IMG/VR virus record: IMGVR_UViG_3300020473_000016
DNA: 64,000 nt
DNA from: a virus
Reading direction: 5' to 3' (one strand)
In this document: piece by piece, positions 1-8,236 of the stretch
Numbering within the stretch: position 1 is the first letter of the stretch
Layout of the letters: each line of letters opens with the position of its first letter
The notes under the pieces: generated by a model
Told to the model about the DNA's origin: nothing
Database searches by the model: none
The model's input: only the letters and a program-made list of their open reading frames with translations
Position numbers and translations under genes: made by a program

Positions 1-200
1 ACACATACTTCACAAGCAATACACTTATCCATTTCAAAGTGTATACGTCCACGATACCTTTCAGATGGTATCAGTTTTTCATAAGGATACTGTATGGTTA
101 CAGGTCTCCTTCTCATATGATCAAAGGTTACTTCCAACCCTTGAAACATATATTTAGCAGTGTCTCTTATTTCTTTTAAGTAATTAAAGATTGCTTTCAT
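1..200 (-). CDS. ndhI: NAD(P)H-quinone oxidoreductase (NDH-1) subunit I, 3' part runs off the window
   Basis: Manual translation from ATG at 200: [66 protein letters not shown]. It has the NdhI signature [26 protein letters not shown] and the first CxxCxxC 4Fe-4S motif. Not in the ORF track. Confidence 0.95.
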   Translation of the reverse strand, partial: MKAIFNYLKEIRDTAKYMFQGLEVTFDHMRRRPVTIQYPYEKLIPSERYRGRIHFEMDKCIACEVC

Positions 201-340
201 TGCATTGGATGGAACAAAAGGTCTGGGAAGAAGTAATTAAACTCTATGAGTATGACTGCTGTAACAGTCAACCAAATGGTTGCTACAACTGGTGCAGATC
301 TAAACCATTTAGTATAAAAGATTTTAAATAGGTTATTCAT
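197..340 (-). CDS. psaJ: Photosystem I subunit IX PsaJ (stand-alone, 47 aa)
   Basis: Manual translation: [47 protein letters not shown]. It has the PsaJ motif APVxATIW...[16 protein letters not shown]. The stop overlaps the ndhI start (ATGA). Confidence 0.93.
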   Translation of the reverse strand: MNNLFKIFYTKWFRSAPVVATIWLTVTAVILIEFNYFFPDLLFHPMQ

Positions 341-471
341 CGTTGGACATCGTGAGCACAACCATCACCAGTATAGTCATCACTATCATAATATCCTCCT
401 TTGGTTCCAAAGTAAAGGCTTAATGCTACAAAAGGAAGTGCTGCAGCTATCAGAAAGGTTTCGAGAATCAT
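337..471 (-). CDS. ndhP: NDH-1L small subunit NdhP (44 aa)
   Basis: Manual translation: [44 protein letters not shown]. One TM helix followed by FGTxxGxYDxDxYxGxGxAH, the NdhP C-terminal signature. ATGA overlaps on both sides. Confidence 0.88.
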   Translation of the reverse strand: MILETFLIAAALPFVALSLYFGTKGGYYDSDDYTGDGCAHDVQR

Positions 472-923
472 AGGGTTCCGTGTTCTCTACGTATCTCCCT
501 TAGTTCCTCGAAGTCTTTCTTCTTAGTTCCACCATCATATGCCCATGCATATCCTTCAGTGATCATCTGTTCGTTCAGTGAAATAATATCCTCGCCAACG
601 TAGAGCCAACCAAGAAGCCTGCCATACTTCCCAACGCCACCCTTAAGTTCAGTTCTAATAGTGAGTTCATCTTCACCTTTAATTGTTTCAGTTAGTTTTC
701 CTTTCAGCCAATTCGTAGCGTCGAGGCCCAGTGCTTTCTCTTCTAAATCTCTCGTTCTCTTCTCTGGGGTGTCCACGCCAGCAATCCTTACCCTCTCTTT
801 TTTGTAAAGGTCGAAACCAAGATCTATCGTGACATCTATCGTGTCTCCATCTAAAACTTTGTCTATCTTTGTCACTCGAAAGTTGTAACAACTCTTCCGA
901 CTTGGTGGTATCATCGCTCCCAT
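468..923 (-). CDS. Staphylococcal nuclease (SNase/thermonuclease)-like protein
   Basis: Motifs KVLDGDTIDV, RVRIAGVDTPE, GKYGRLLGWLY and NEQMITEGYAW. Confidence 0.88.
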   Translation of the reverse strand: MGAMIPPSRKSCYNFRVTKIDKVLDGDTIDVTIDLGFDLYKKERVRIAGVDTPEKRTRDLEEKALGLDATNWLKGKLTETIKGEDELTIRTELKGGVGKYGRLLGWLYVGEDIISLNEQMITEGYAWAYDGGTKKKDFEELREIRREHGTL

Positions 924-1230
924 AATTGAATTCCTTAAGTGAGCTATTTATCATATCTTCTATGGGAGTCCTATCTTTCTTAGACTCATGATCTCTTATC
1001 TTCTGGATCCACTGATCTGTAGGAAAGTCATGACCCATGTGTGCTTCTGCCTCTGGTGCAAATGCAGTAGATCCTATAATACCACCAGCACCAATACCAA
1101 TAGCACTAACAATAGCAACTACTTTTTCATTAGCACGAACTCTAAGAGTCAGTTCCTTCACATGACCCATCATGTGTTCCACCTTCGCTTCCAATATTGC
1201 GATCTTCGTTTCTTGACTGTGCTCCGTCAT
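688..1230 (-). CDS. Hypothetical protein (coiled coil plus one hydrophobic segment). The C-terminal third overlaps the nuclease gene.
   Basis: Part of track ORF 688..1275, with a likely start at MTEHSQETK (1230). The start choice is an inference. Confidence 0.5.
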   Translation of the reverse strand: MTEHSQETKIAILEAKVEHMMGHVKELTLRVRANEKVVAIVSAIGIGAGGIIGSTAFAPEAEAHMGHDFPTDQWIQKIRDHESKKDRTPIEDMINSSLKEFNYGSDDTTKSEELLQLSSDKDRQSFRWRHDRCHDRSWFRPLQKREGKDCWRGHPREENERFRRESTGPRRYELAERKTN

Positions 1231-1333
1231 TTGGCCAAAATTCATCATACTTAAATATGTAGTAAATTGAAACACCTACTAATACTAATAGTATAGCACA
1301 CATTATATTAATAGACCAAACCACATCATTCAT
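1142..1333 (-). CDS. Small membrane protein
   Basis: N-terminal TM segment VVWSINIMCAILLVLVGVSIYYIF; abuts the upstream ORF. Confidence 0.6.
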   Translation of the reverse strand: MNDVVWSINIMCAILLVLVGVSIYYIFKYDEFWPNDGAQSRNEDRNIGSEGGTHDGSCEGTDS

Positions 1334-1611
1334 CAGTAATGATCCTCTAGTCCTTCAACTGGTGTAGGTTTCCAATCCTTACCATAGTATCTCTCTAGTA
1401 TATTATGGTGTGGTGCATCTTCATTCACCTTTATCTTCTTAGGTGGTGGCGGTGGAAACATTTCTAATTGTATCTCAGGTATAGAATATGTGTCACCACC
1501 CTTTCTATGATGACATGTATAGAATGTACCATCCTCTTTTTTATATAAGAAGTCTGCTTCATGTGAATTTAACAGAAGCATCTTCATAATCTTATCACCT
1601 TTTTCAATCAT
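1333..1611 (-). CDS. Hypothetical protein
   Basis: ORF track; tightly packed in the minus-strand run. Confidence 0.65.
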   Translation of the reverse strand: MIEKGDKIMKMLLLNSHEADFLYKKEDGTFYTCHHRKGGDTYSIPEIQLEMFPPPPPKKIKVNEDAPHHNILERYYGKDWKPTPVEGLEDHY

Positions 1612-1807
1612 AAATTCCGTATTTTGTTAAATCATACTTAGGCAACTTCAATGGTTCATGTTCCACTTTAGGTGGTTTGCCTATCTTATCCTCAAGTTCT
1701 GATACTATCTTCTTCTTAGAGATATGATATGGTGTTGGTGCATTTTGTAAGCACACTTGTAAACACAATAGTTCTTCTTCGTTAAAATCAAACGACATGT
1801 ATAACAC
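1604..1807 (-). CDS. Hypothetical protein
   Basis: ORF track; overlaps both neighbours. Confidence 0.6.
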   Translation of the reverse strand: MLYMSFDFNEEELLCLQVCLQNAPTPYHISKKKIVSELEDKIGKPPKVEHEPLKLPKYDLTKYGIYD

Positions 1808-2183
1808 CTTTCATTCCAGCACCTGCATGAGGTTCACATTGGAATTCATATTCACCTGCCTTATCAAAAGTAACAGGGAATTTCTCTCCACTACTAAATG
1901 CTAGATCAGGATGTGACAACTCTGGGTTGTTGAGGAATACTATATTATGAGGTGGTAAATCACCAATCATAAAAGTAACTGTATCACCTACTTTAACTGT
2001 CATTTCATTTGGTTCATAAACAAGATTACCTTTGTATCCCATTTGAATGTCCATTGACATAGTATTCTCAGTAGCATATGCTGTTGATGCTAATGTAAAA
2101 GAAAGGAATAATGATGTTAACATTATTGTAAGTCTGCTCATCCACCACATAATTTCATGTTTGTATTTTGTTATAGTAGACAT
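1788..2183 (-). CDS. petE: Plastocyanin
   Basis: Signal-like N-terminus (LFLSFTLASTAYA) and type-1 Cu ligands PHNIVF ... FQCEPHAGAGMKGVIHV. Confidence 0.93.
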   Translation of the reverse strand: MSTITKYKHEIMWWMSRLTIMLTSLFLSFTLASTAYATENTMSMDIQMGYKGNLVYEPNEMTVKVGDTVTFMIGDLPPHNIVFLNNPELSHPDLAFSSGEKFPVTFDKAGEYEFQCEPHAGAGMKGVIHVV

Positions 2184-2187
2184 TATA

Positions 2188-2346
2188 CTACTCCTTCATA
2201 CAATAGTCAATAAAATGAGGATGCTCCTTTAAGTAGGAGACATCCTCTTTTGAGTGTTCGATTGCATCATATGCAGTTTCTGCATACTCGCATACTTCGT
2301 AATGATGTTGTTCCGTATCGTGGTAACCTACGGTATAGTGAGTCAT
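2188..2346 (-). CDS. Hypothetical 52-aa protein (His/Glu/Tyr-rich)
   Basis: Manual translation: MTHYTVGYHDTEQHHYEVCEYAETAYDAIEHSKEDVSYLKEHPHFIDYCMKE. Fills the gap in the operon. Confidence 0.7.
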   Translation of the reverse strand: MTHYTVGYHDTEQHHYEVCEYAETAYDAIEHSKEDVSYLKEHPHFIDYCMKE

Positions 2347-2498
2347 TTGCTTATAGCACAGTACCCTTGTTCACATAGAGTTTGTAACTTATCTTTTAAA
2401 TGCTCGTATTCATCCCACATGTATTCCGAACCAGTTTGTTCCTGATAGGTTTTACATGCAGTAATTAAGCGTAAAACATCTTCTTCGGTAAGTCTCAT
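2343..2498 (-). CDS. Hypothetical 51-aa protein
   Basis: Manual translation: MRLTEEDVLRLITACKTYQEQTGSEYMWDEYEHLKDKLQTLCEQGYCAISK. ATGA overlap with the next gene. Confidence 0.7.
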   Translation of the reverse strand: MRLTEEDVLRLITACKTYQEQTGSEYMWDEYEHLKDKLQTLCEQGYCAISK

Positions 2499-2520
2499 AT
2501 CATAATGTAATCTAATACTA

Positions 2521-2548
2521 GTTATAAGTATAACTTACTACAAGTCAA
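2521..2548 (-). promoter_or_regulatory. Putative host sigma70-like promoter upstream of the petE/ndhP/psaJ/ndhI run
   Basis: Minus strand TTGACT (2548-2543), 16-bp spacer, TATAAC (2526-2521), in the gap between 2498 and 2561. Confidence 0.45.
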
Positions 2549-2560
2549 GCTAGTGTGTAC

Positions 2561-2827
2561 CTATGCTGACACTGCTGAATTACTAGAGTTGTGACGCTGA
2601 TATGCAGCAGGAGTTCTTGTTGCATTAGCAACCGTTCTCGCTTGAAATGTTCCAGGAGTTCTTGTGCTGTTGTCGTGATTTCTTGCGACATAATCAGCAT
2701 TATGATCCTTGTACTGTTTAGTAGCCCATCCCTCATTACCTGAAAAACGATTGACAACTGTGAATCCTAATGCTGGATCCGCTAAAGAGTTATCATGATT
2801 TCTCTGTAACCAATCCATATTTGCCAT
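2561..2827 (-). CDS. Small hypothetical protein, possibly virion-associated, with internal (Y/F)xxRxxxNxxRTP repeats
   Basis: ORF track; coupled to gp16. Confidence 0.65.
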   Translation of the reverse strand: MANMDWLQRNHDNSLADPALGFTVVNRFSGNEGWATKQYKDHNADYVARNHDNSTRTPGTFQARTVANATRTPAAYQRHNSSNSAVSA

Positions 2828-3243
2828 TAGCGTTTACCTCCGTTCATTTGCTTAAGCATCTTCTGTAGTTCTGATGTAGATCCTACAAACATAGCATTGT
2901 TAGTGACCTTAGATGGTCCTGACTTATCTTCATCCAAGTCTTTCATTTTTTTATGTAAGTCAGCAAGTTTATCAGTCATGTCTGCTACATTCTTCATTGC
3001 GTTTACAGCAACTTCAAATGCTCTAGGGTGACCACTCTCCTGAGCAACCTCTAAAGCACCTCTGACTGCCTCCTGACCCTGATCTATAAGAGAATAAAGT
3101 TCTCCTCTAGTATATTCATAGTCCTTTTCTCTATCCTCTGTAACATCCTTTAAGTTACTCTTCCTAGTTGTACAACCATTCTCAGGTGTATCAGATACTT
3201 CAAGATTAAGAATGTTTTCCATATTATCTTCTAGGTTATTCAT
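2827..3243 (-). CDS. gp16: Terminase small subunit
   Basis: Motifs DYEYTRGELYSLI, HPRAFEVA and VTNNAMFVGSTSELQKMLK; position after gp15. Confidence 0.92.
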   Translation of the reverse strand: MNNLEDNMENILNLEVSDTPENGCTTRKSNLKDVTEDREKDYEYTRGELYSLIDQGQEAVRGALEVAQESGHPRAFEVAVNAMKNVADMTDKLADLHKKMKDLDEDKSGPSKVTNNAMFVGSTSELQKMLKQMNGGKR

Positions 3244-3245
3244 AA

Positions 3246-4049
3246 TTATAAGTATGTAATGCCTTCATTAAATCCGAAATCATCATCTGCTGTTACCAGT
3301 AAATCATCAGCAGCATCAATGTTTCCGTCTTGGTTAATGTCAGTCTTTGCTTTAGGTGTATATGTACGAGTAATAGTTCTTCTACTTACCGCAGCATCAC
3401 CAATAGTCTCGTGAATAATTGCCTTGTTAATAACATCAGATGTACTGTAAGGACCGTACATATATGTCTTAAGAGTGAAGTTGAGTGTATATGTAATCCA
3501 CCTTCTGTTTAAGAAACTTTCATCCCACTCATCTTCGTAGTTAATGTTATTTAAAACGATTGCTATATCTCTCTTCTCATTCATATCAGGAATCATATTC
3601 AATGTTATTGAAAATGATGGTTGGAAATAAGGAAGAATTGATTCTAATATTTGTAGGGCATCATCTTGTGACTGTGCGATGATACCTAATTCAAATCCAA
3701 GATTATAAGGTACAGGTACATACTGAGTTCTTACTTCATCTTGATTATCATTAATAATAGTTTTGTACTTCTGTATAGGAGAAGTCTTTCTTTGAGGATC
3801 ATAATCAATACTGTTCATCTCAAAGTAAAGACGAGGAACAGTAATAGAAACCTTGCGTGTCGCAGACACCATCTGTTCTAAACGAACAAGAAACTTCTGT
3901 CTAGGACCATAAGCTAAAGGAACTTTACTCTCCTCAAGGACAGCTCCTGTGCTTGGATCTTTCTTCTTTATACTAATATTATTAAAGAGAGTACCAAAAG
4001 CAATAATTGATTTACGAGTTACCTCGTTATAAAAATGTGATCCTAACAT
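3246..4049 (-). CDS. gp15: Tail sheath stabiliser / tail completion protein
   Basis: Motifs FYNEVTRKSIIAFGTLFNNI, VPLAYGPRQKF and PVPYNLGFEL...ILPYFQP. Confidence 0.93.
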   Translation of the reverse strand: MLGSHFYNEVTRKSIIAFGTLFNNISIKKKDPSTGAVLEESKVPLAYGPRQKFLVRLEQMVSATRKVSITVPRLYFEMNSIDYDPQRKTSPIQKYKTIINDNQDEVRTQYVPVPYNLGFELGIIAQSQDDALQILESILPYFQPSFSITLNMIPDMNEKRDIAIVLNNINYEDEWDESFLNRRWITYTLNFTLKTYMYGPYSTSDVINKAIIHETIGDAAVSRRTITRTYTPKAKTDINQDGNIDAADDLLVTADDDFGFNEGITYL

Positions 4050-4933
4050 CAGATACTACCTGTAAAGTTACCAAATTCACCGAATGGATTACCTTCTGTC
4101 CAATCAATAAGATTGTCAGCAGCATCCTCGATTTCTCTATTTGCATCATACTCACTGTTTGTATTTTGTAGAGTGTCAAATGTAGACACTACCCAAACAG
4201 CACCACTACTATCACCAGTTAAAGATTCATTAGCAGAGAAGGTTCCTTTTCTATTAATGACCTGAAGTATTCTTGTAGAATTATCCCAAGACTTAACTTC
4301 TGCTTCAACTCCAGTTGTACCACCAGTAACTATCTCACCAACAGTAAAGTCTCCAGTTCCACCAACACCTAGTGTTAATGCAATGGCACTAGAGTATATA
4401 GTTTCTATCTCATCAATTTCTGCAACACCAGTATTGATCTCGTCTGACTGACCAATGTATAGTTCAGCAGTGATAGAATAGAACTGAATCTTACCAAACT
4501 GATAGAATGGATTTTCTAATTGAACGTATTTAATTTCATACAAATCTTTTGTTAATGGGAAGTACAATAAGTCTCCCTCATTAGGTCTACCAGCAACTGT
4601 TAGAGTAGGAGTATTAGCTGCTACTGCCTCATCCCAACGTCTAGTAGATACTTTAAAAATGATCTCATCACTTATTGTTAAACCAAATTTACTAATGATC
4701 TCATTGTTATCACCCCAACCTGCTACGTTTTGTAGTAGCATCTCTACTTGGAATTCATCTTGATACTTAGAATAGATGACATCATCCAATGTATTATCTT
4801 TTAGAATAGTTCTAGGAAGATAATAGATATCAGTTCCAAACAGCTTGATCTGTTCGTCAGCCAGATCCTGATACAGGTTCTGTTCACCGACGTGACCAGC
4901 GTAATAAGTTGGGAAGTAAGGACTAGTAGGCAT
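4049..4933 (-). CDS. gp14: Neck protein
   Basis: Motifs IKLFGTDIYYLPR and RPNEGDLLYFPLTKDLYEIKYV...PFYQFGK. Confidence 0.93.
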   Translation of the reverse strand: MPTSPYFPTYYAGHVGEQNLYQDLADEQIKLFGTDIYYLPRTILKDNTLDDVIYSKYQDEFQVEMLLQNVAGWGDNNEIISKFGLTISDEIIFKVSTRRWDEAVAANTPTLTVAGRPNEGDLLYFPLTKDLYEIKYVQLENPFYQFGKIQFYSITAELYIGQSDEINTGVAEIDEIETIYSSAIALTLGVGGTGDFTVGEIVTGGTTGVEAEVKSWDNSTRILQVINRKGTFSANESLTGDSSGAVWVVSTFDTLQNTNSEYDANREIEDAADNLIDWTEGNPFGEFGNFTGSI

Positions 4934-4934
4934 T

Positions 4935-5747
4935 TTATCCGATCATATCCATTGGTGGTATTGCATATTTAGATAGAACTTCTCCTTCAATCATTCTGAC
5001 AGCTGCTACACCATCGTCATATATTTCTTTACCATTAAGATTCATACCGCCTGGTAATTGAACATTCTGATATTTAATCAAGTTCTGACCCCACTGCTTC
5101 TTCATTAAAGCAGTAGCATATCTTTTAACAAACATATCATTATACATCTCAGTAGCATCAGTTGGATCAATCATCCTATGACACTCTATTAATAAGTTAG
5201 TTCCTACTTCTAGGAAATCCTTATCAATATCTAAGTATAAACGATCACGACGTTGTGTATATCTAAACTGTTGGAACGAACCATTGTTCAAAACCATATC
5301 TAATGTTTCAAGATATTGTTTAGTCATAAAATAATTTAAGATATCTAATGATCCAAATGCGTATAAGTCATTCAAGAACATTCGATACTCTATACCAAAT
5401 AAGTTAGAACGAATAGAGTTACCAACCAATCCATACACTTTACTAATACCAACTACATGAGCTGGTATGGGAATATAATTTGTATCTTCTGACCATGTAG
5501 TTGTTACAGCACCTTCTACCTTAGTAGAATCAGACTGTGCTGCAAGACGAGTTTTATCATCAGCAGTTATTGCATGGTACATATAGCACCGTTCCTGACC
5601 ATTGTAGCAATTCTCATTAAAGAATTGAAATGTGTCATCAATAACGTTATTTACTTGCTCATCATCAATATTAACCTGCAACACAGGTTCACCCAATTGC
5701 CTCTTGCAGTACGTTATTAGTTCTGCTTTTGATGTAGGTGATGCCAT
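4935..5747 (-). CDS. gp13: Neck protein
   Basis: Motifs LITYCKRQLGEPVLQVNID and KKQWGQNLIKYQNVQLPGG. Confidence 0.94.
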   Translation of the reverse strand: MASPTSKAELITYCKRQLGEPVLQVNIDDEQVNNVIDDTFQFFNENCYNGQERCYMYHAITADDKTRLAAQSDSTKVEGAVTTTWSEDTNYIPIPAHVVGISKVYGLVGNSIRSNLFGIEYRMFLNDLYAFGSLDILNYFMTKQYLETLDMVLNNGSFQQFRYTQRRDRLYLDIDKDFLEVGTNLLIECHRMIDPTDATEMYNDMFVKRYATALMKKQWGQNLIKYQNVQLPGGMNLNGKEIYDDGVAAVRMIEGEVLSKYAIPPMDMIG

Positions 5748-5754
5748 TAGATAC

Positions 5755-5790
5755 TAAAAATCCCTTCATACTATTTAGTAGAAGGGACTT
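5755..5790 (-). terminator. Rho-independent terminator with a late promoter inside its stem-loop
   Basis: Minus strand TCCCTTC-TACT-AAAT-AGTA-T-GAAGGGA followed by a run of T. Confidence 0.65.
5772..5778 (-). promoter_or_regulatory. T4-type late promoter (CTAAATA) for gp13
   Basis: TAAATA core about 25 nt upstream of the gp13 ATG. Confidence 0.7.
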
Positions 5791-5795
5791 TAAGA

Positions 5796-6005
5796 CTATT
5801 CTGCTGGTGGATTTGCTATGTCTGGAGTGATAGGAGGAGCACCTTCTTCTGGTTTTTCTTCCAGTAATCCCAGTGTTTCTAGACCACCTGTTAATTTTAA
5901 TTTGTATTCTTTTGCCTTTGCGAGATTCTCTTCGAGTTCTCTTATCTGAACTTCTGTCTTTTCAATCTGTTCAGTAAAGTTTTGTTTCAGTTGTGCTGGA
6001 TCCAT
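5796..6005 (-). CDS. Hypothetical coiled-coil protein
   Basis: ORF track; heptad pattern. Confidence 0.7.
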   Translation of the reverse strand: MDPAQLKQNFTEQIEKTEVQIRELEENLAKAKEYKLKLTGGLETLGLLEEKPEEGAPPITPDIANPPAE

Positions 6006-6011
6006 ATCTAA

Positions 6012-6551
6012 TCAAGGAATGAAGTTATAGTTTATTACAAATCTAGGTTTCTGTGTAGGTTTACTACTTGCATGGAATGTTAATCCATCAAATATAACAC
6101 ATCTACCTTTCTTTGGAGAGACAGTCTTATTTATACCGTACTCACCCATAGGATCTCCGTACCTCTTTTCACTGAAGTACGTATCTCCGTCACTGTCATT
6201 TACGTAGTATAAGCATACCATATGATCCTCTGGTATGTCAACATGCATCTGATCATATTCTTTGGTTCTATTACCAGGAGTTTGTAGGAAACACCTTGCT
6301 CGTATAACCTTAGATATACTTTGATCTGCATTGTGACATGCTTCAAATACTAATGGAAGGAACAAACCAGTATAGTCGCTAGTTGATTTACCATCCAACA
6401 AAAGCATATGAGAGAATCCTACTAATTGATCTGATCCATCTTCAACAAGGTTATCATGATACACCCATCTAAAATCAGTATCAAGTCTTAGAGTCTCTTC
6501 AATTAGATTTTGATAGTTTGGGTTAATACAGTCATCAATAATGTTCTTCAT
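6012..6551 (-). CDS. 2OG-Fe(II) oxygenase-like protein
   Basis: HxD (MHVD), distal H (FHASS) and 2OG-binding R (RFVINYN). Confidence 0.8.
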   Translation of the reverse strand: MKNIIDDCINPNYQNLIEETLRLDTDFRWVYHDNLVEDGSDQLVGFSHMLLLDGKSTSDYTGLFLPLVFEACHNADQSISKVIRARCFLQTPGNRTKEYDQMHVDIPEDHMVCLYYVNDSDGDTYFSEKRYGDPMGEYGINKTVSPKKGRCVIFDGLTFHASSKPTQKPRFVINYNFIP

Positions 6552-7152
6552 CAGGACCCTCTACATTCCAAGCAATATTTCCAGACACAGTTGTTCTCTC
6601 CTTATCAGTTGATCTAAATGGATATACAGCATGATTTGTTGTTGATGGGAACATAAGAAGTGTACCGTTCCATGAACTATCTACTGGCAGCACTTCCTTT
6701 TCCAATTGAAACGCTCCATCACTATAAAAATTGTCCCTCTCTTCAGGACCATATGGTATATCAACAAATATCACAAAACTAACAACACCAGAATGAACAT
6801 GCACTGGATTGTATTGATCTTTCTTCTGATAATTCACCCACAAATTATGCAACCTTATGAACCGAGTGATATCCTTTGTCTTATTAAACTCCCATGGACA
6901 TGTGGTATACACCCAATCCCATATTCCATTAACACGATCTAAAAGATATTCTTCTAATCCTGGACATTCATATTTCCATTCACTTAAACTTGATTGTTGA
7001 TCTAGAGCACCAGCCAATCTGGAATTCATATTCCATACCTCATCCAATCTTCTTTTCCTAGTATAATCAAGAAGACTATAGTAGATGTCTTGTGGAAGTT
7101 TCTCTGCTATAAAGTTTAAATTACTTTGACTGTGTATATTACTGTCTTTCAT
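6535..7152 (-). CDS. 2OG-Fe(II) oxygenase-like protein (HxH type)
   Basis: Motifs LWVNYQ..NPVHVHSG, FPSTTNHAVYPF and RTTVSGNI. Confidence 0.82.
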   Translation of the reverse strand: MKDSNIHSQSNLNFIAEKLPQDIYYSLLDYTRKRRLDEVWNMNSRLAGALDQQSSLSEWKYECPGLEEYLLDRVNGIWDWVYTTCPWEFNKTKDITRFIRLHNLWVNYQKKDQYNPVHVHSGVVSFVIFVDIPYGPEERDNFYSDGAFQLEKEVLPVDSSWNGTLLMFPSTTNHAVYPFRSTDKERTTVSGNIAWNVEGPDEEHY

Positions 7153-7646
7153 GAATATAAATCTGCACTTAATGAGTAACGTTTTTCATCTTCCGTTCCT
7201 TTACCTGCCATGTGTGGTAAGTTTGATGGAAATATAAACCATGTAAATAATTTCTTAGGTAGATGGTATGGATCATGATTTGGCATAGGGAACATAGCAG
7301 TTCCAGATGATCCAGGTAATTTTAAATACATTATACCAGATAAGGTATATGGATTTTCCAAATTGTGAGCGTGCATATATGGTTCTTTAGTATTTCCTTT
7401 CCAATCAACATATATCCACGAACTTATTTTATAATCAAATACATTCATATTCCAATATCTAGAACATGAATCGTAATAAGATAATCTAAGTTTTTCAATA
7501 ACTGGAATTTGATAATCTAAAAAGGTATCCTCAGTTTTTGCAACAATAGGATTATCTTGATACTCTGTATTATTAATAAAATTTATAAGAGTATCTACCT
7601 CATCATTATCTAATTGACAAGGATATTCTTTAATACCTAATACCAT
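7149..7646 (-). CDS. 2OG-Fe(II) oxygenase-like protein (HxH type)
   Basis: Motifs HAH...SGIMYL, FPSNLPH and RYSLSAD. Confidence 0.75.
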   Translation of the reverse strand: MVLGIKEYPCQLDNDEVDTLINFINNTEYQDNPIVAKTEDTFLDYQIPVIEKLRLSYYDSCSRYWNMNVFDYKISSWIYVDWKGNTKEPYMHAHNLENPYTLSGIMYLKLPGSSGTAMFPMPNHDPYHLPKKLFTWFIFPSNLPHMAGKGTEDEKRYSLSADLYS

Positions 7647-8236
7647 CGTCTTGATTGTTTACTGTTAATGTGATCATGAATTTCAGGAATACAAAATGAG
7701 AATGCTACTGTAGTTCTATAACCATTACCAATTAAACTATTTGGTGAATGACCTTTGTGTTCCCAATTAGATGGAATGAATACACCAGTGTTAGGAATAT
7801 ACGGTGTATAATGAAGTTTACCATCTGGACTCTTACAAACAAACTCACCACCCCACTCATGATTCCACCGCATTTGATTAAACAATATAAATGTCCATAC
7901 CTCATCTAATGGATAATCTTTATGAAATAATGTATTCTGTCCAGGAGTTTGTCCGTTCGCATGAATCTTACATAACTTCAATGGTTTTTTAAGATGCTTC
8001 ATCATCTTTAATTTAATTGTAGTAGCACATTTTGCAAACATCAAATCTGTTCTTAAAGGATGTTGCCATGATACTGGATCACCTTTACCATAAGATGCAT
8101 TGTTAAGTGTCCATATAGCTAGACTATTTACAGCAGGTTGAGTACGGTCAAAGTATTGCCAAAGACCTTCAAACTCTTCTCTGCTTAAAACAGTTTCAAT
8201 AACAATAGGTTCGTTCATTTGCCCCACCATAACCAT
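7637..8236 (-). CDS. 2OG-Fe(II) oxygenase-like protein
   Basis: Motifs FHKD, WGGEF, IPSNWEHKG and RTTVAF. Confidence 0.8.
   Translation of the reverse strand: MVMVGQMNEPIVIETVLSREEFEGLWQYFDRTQPAVNSLAIWTLNNASYGKGDPVSWQHPLRTDLMFAKCATTIKLKMMKHLKKPLKLCKIHANGQTPGQNTLFHKDYPLDEVWTFILFNQMRWNHEWGGEFVCKSPDGKLHYTPYIPNTGVFIPSNWEHKGHSPNSLIGNGYRTTVAFSFCIPEIHDHINSKQSRRWY

Noticed and set aside
2217-2247. Hairpin GAGGATG-CTCCT...AGGAG-A-CATCCTC and a suspected frameshift in the 52-aa ORF
   Set aside because: On re-reading, the frame is intact (YLKEHPHFIDYC). The hairpin is inside coding sequence with no T-tract, so chance cannot be excluded.
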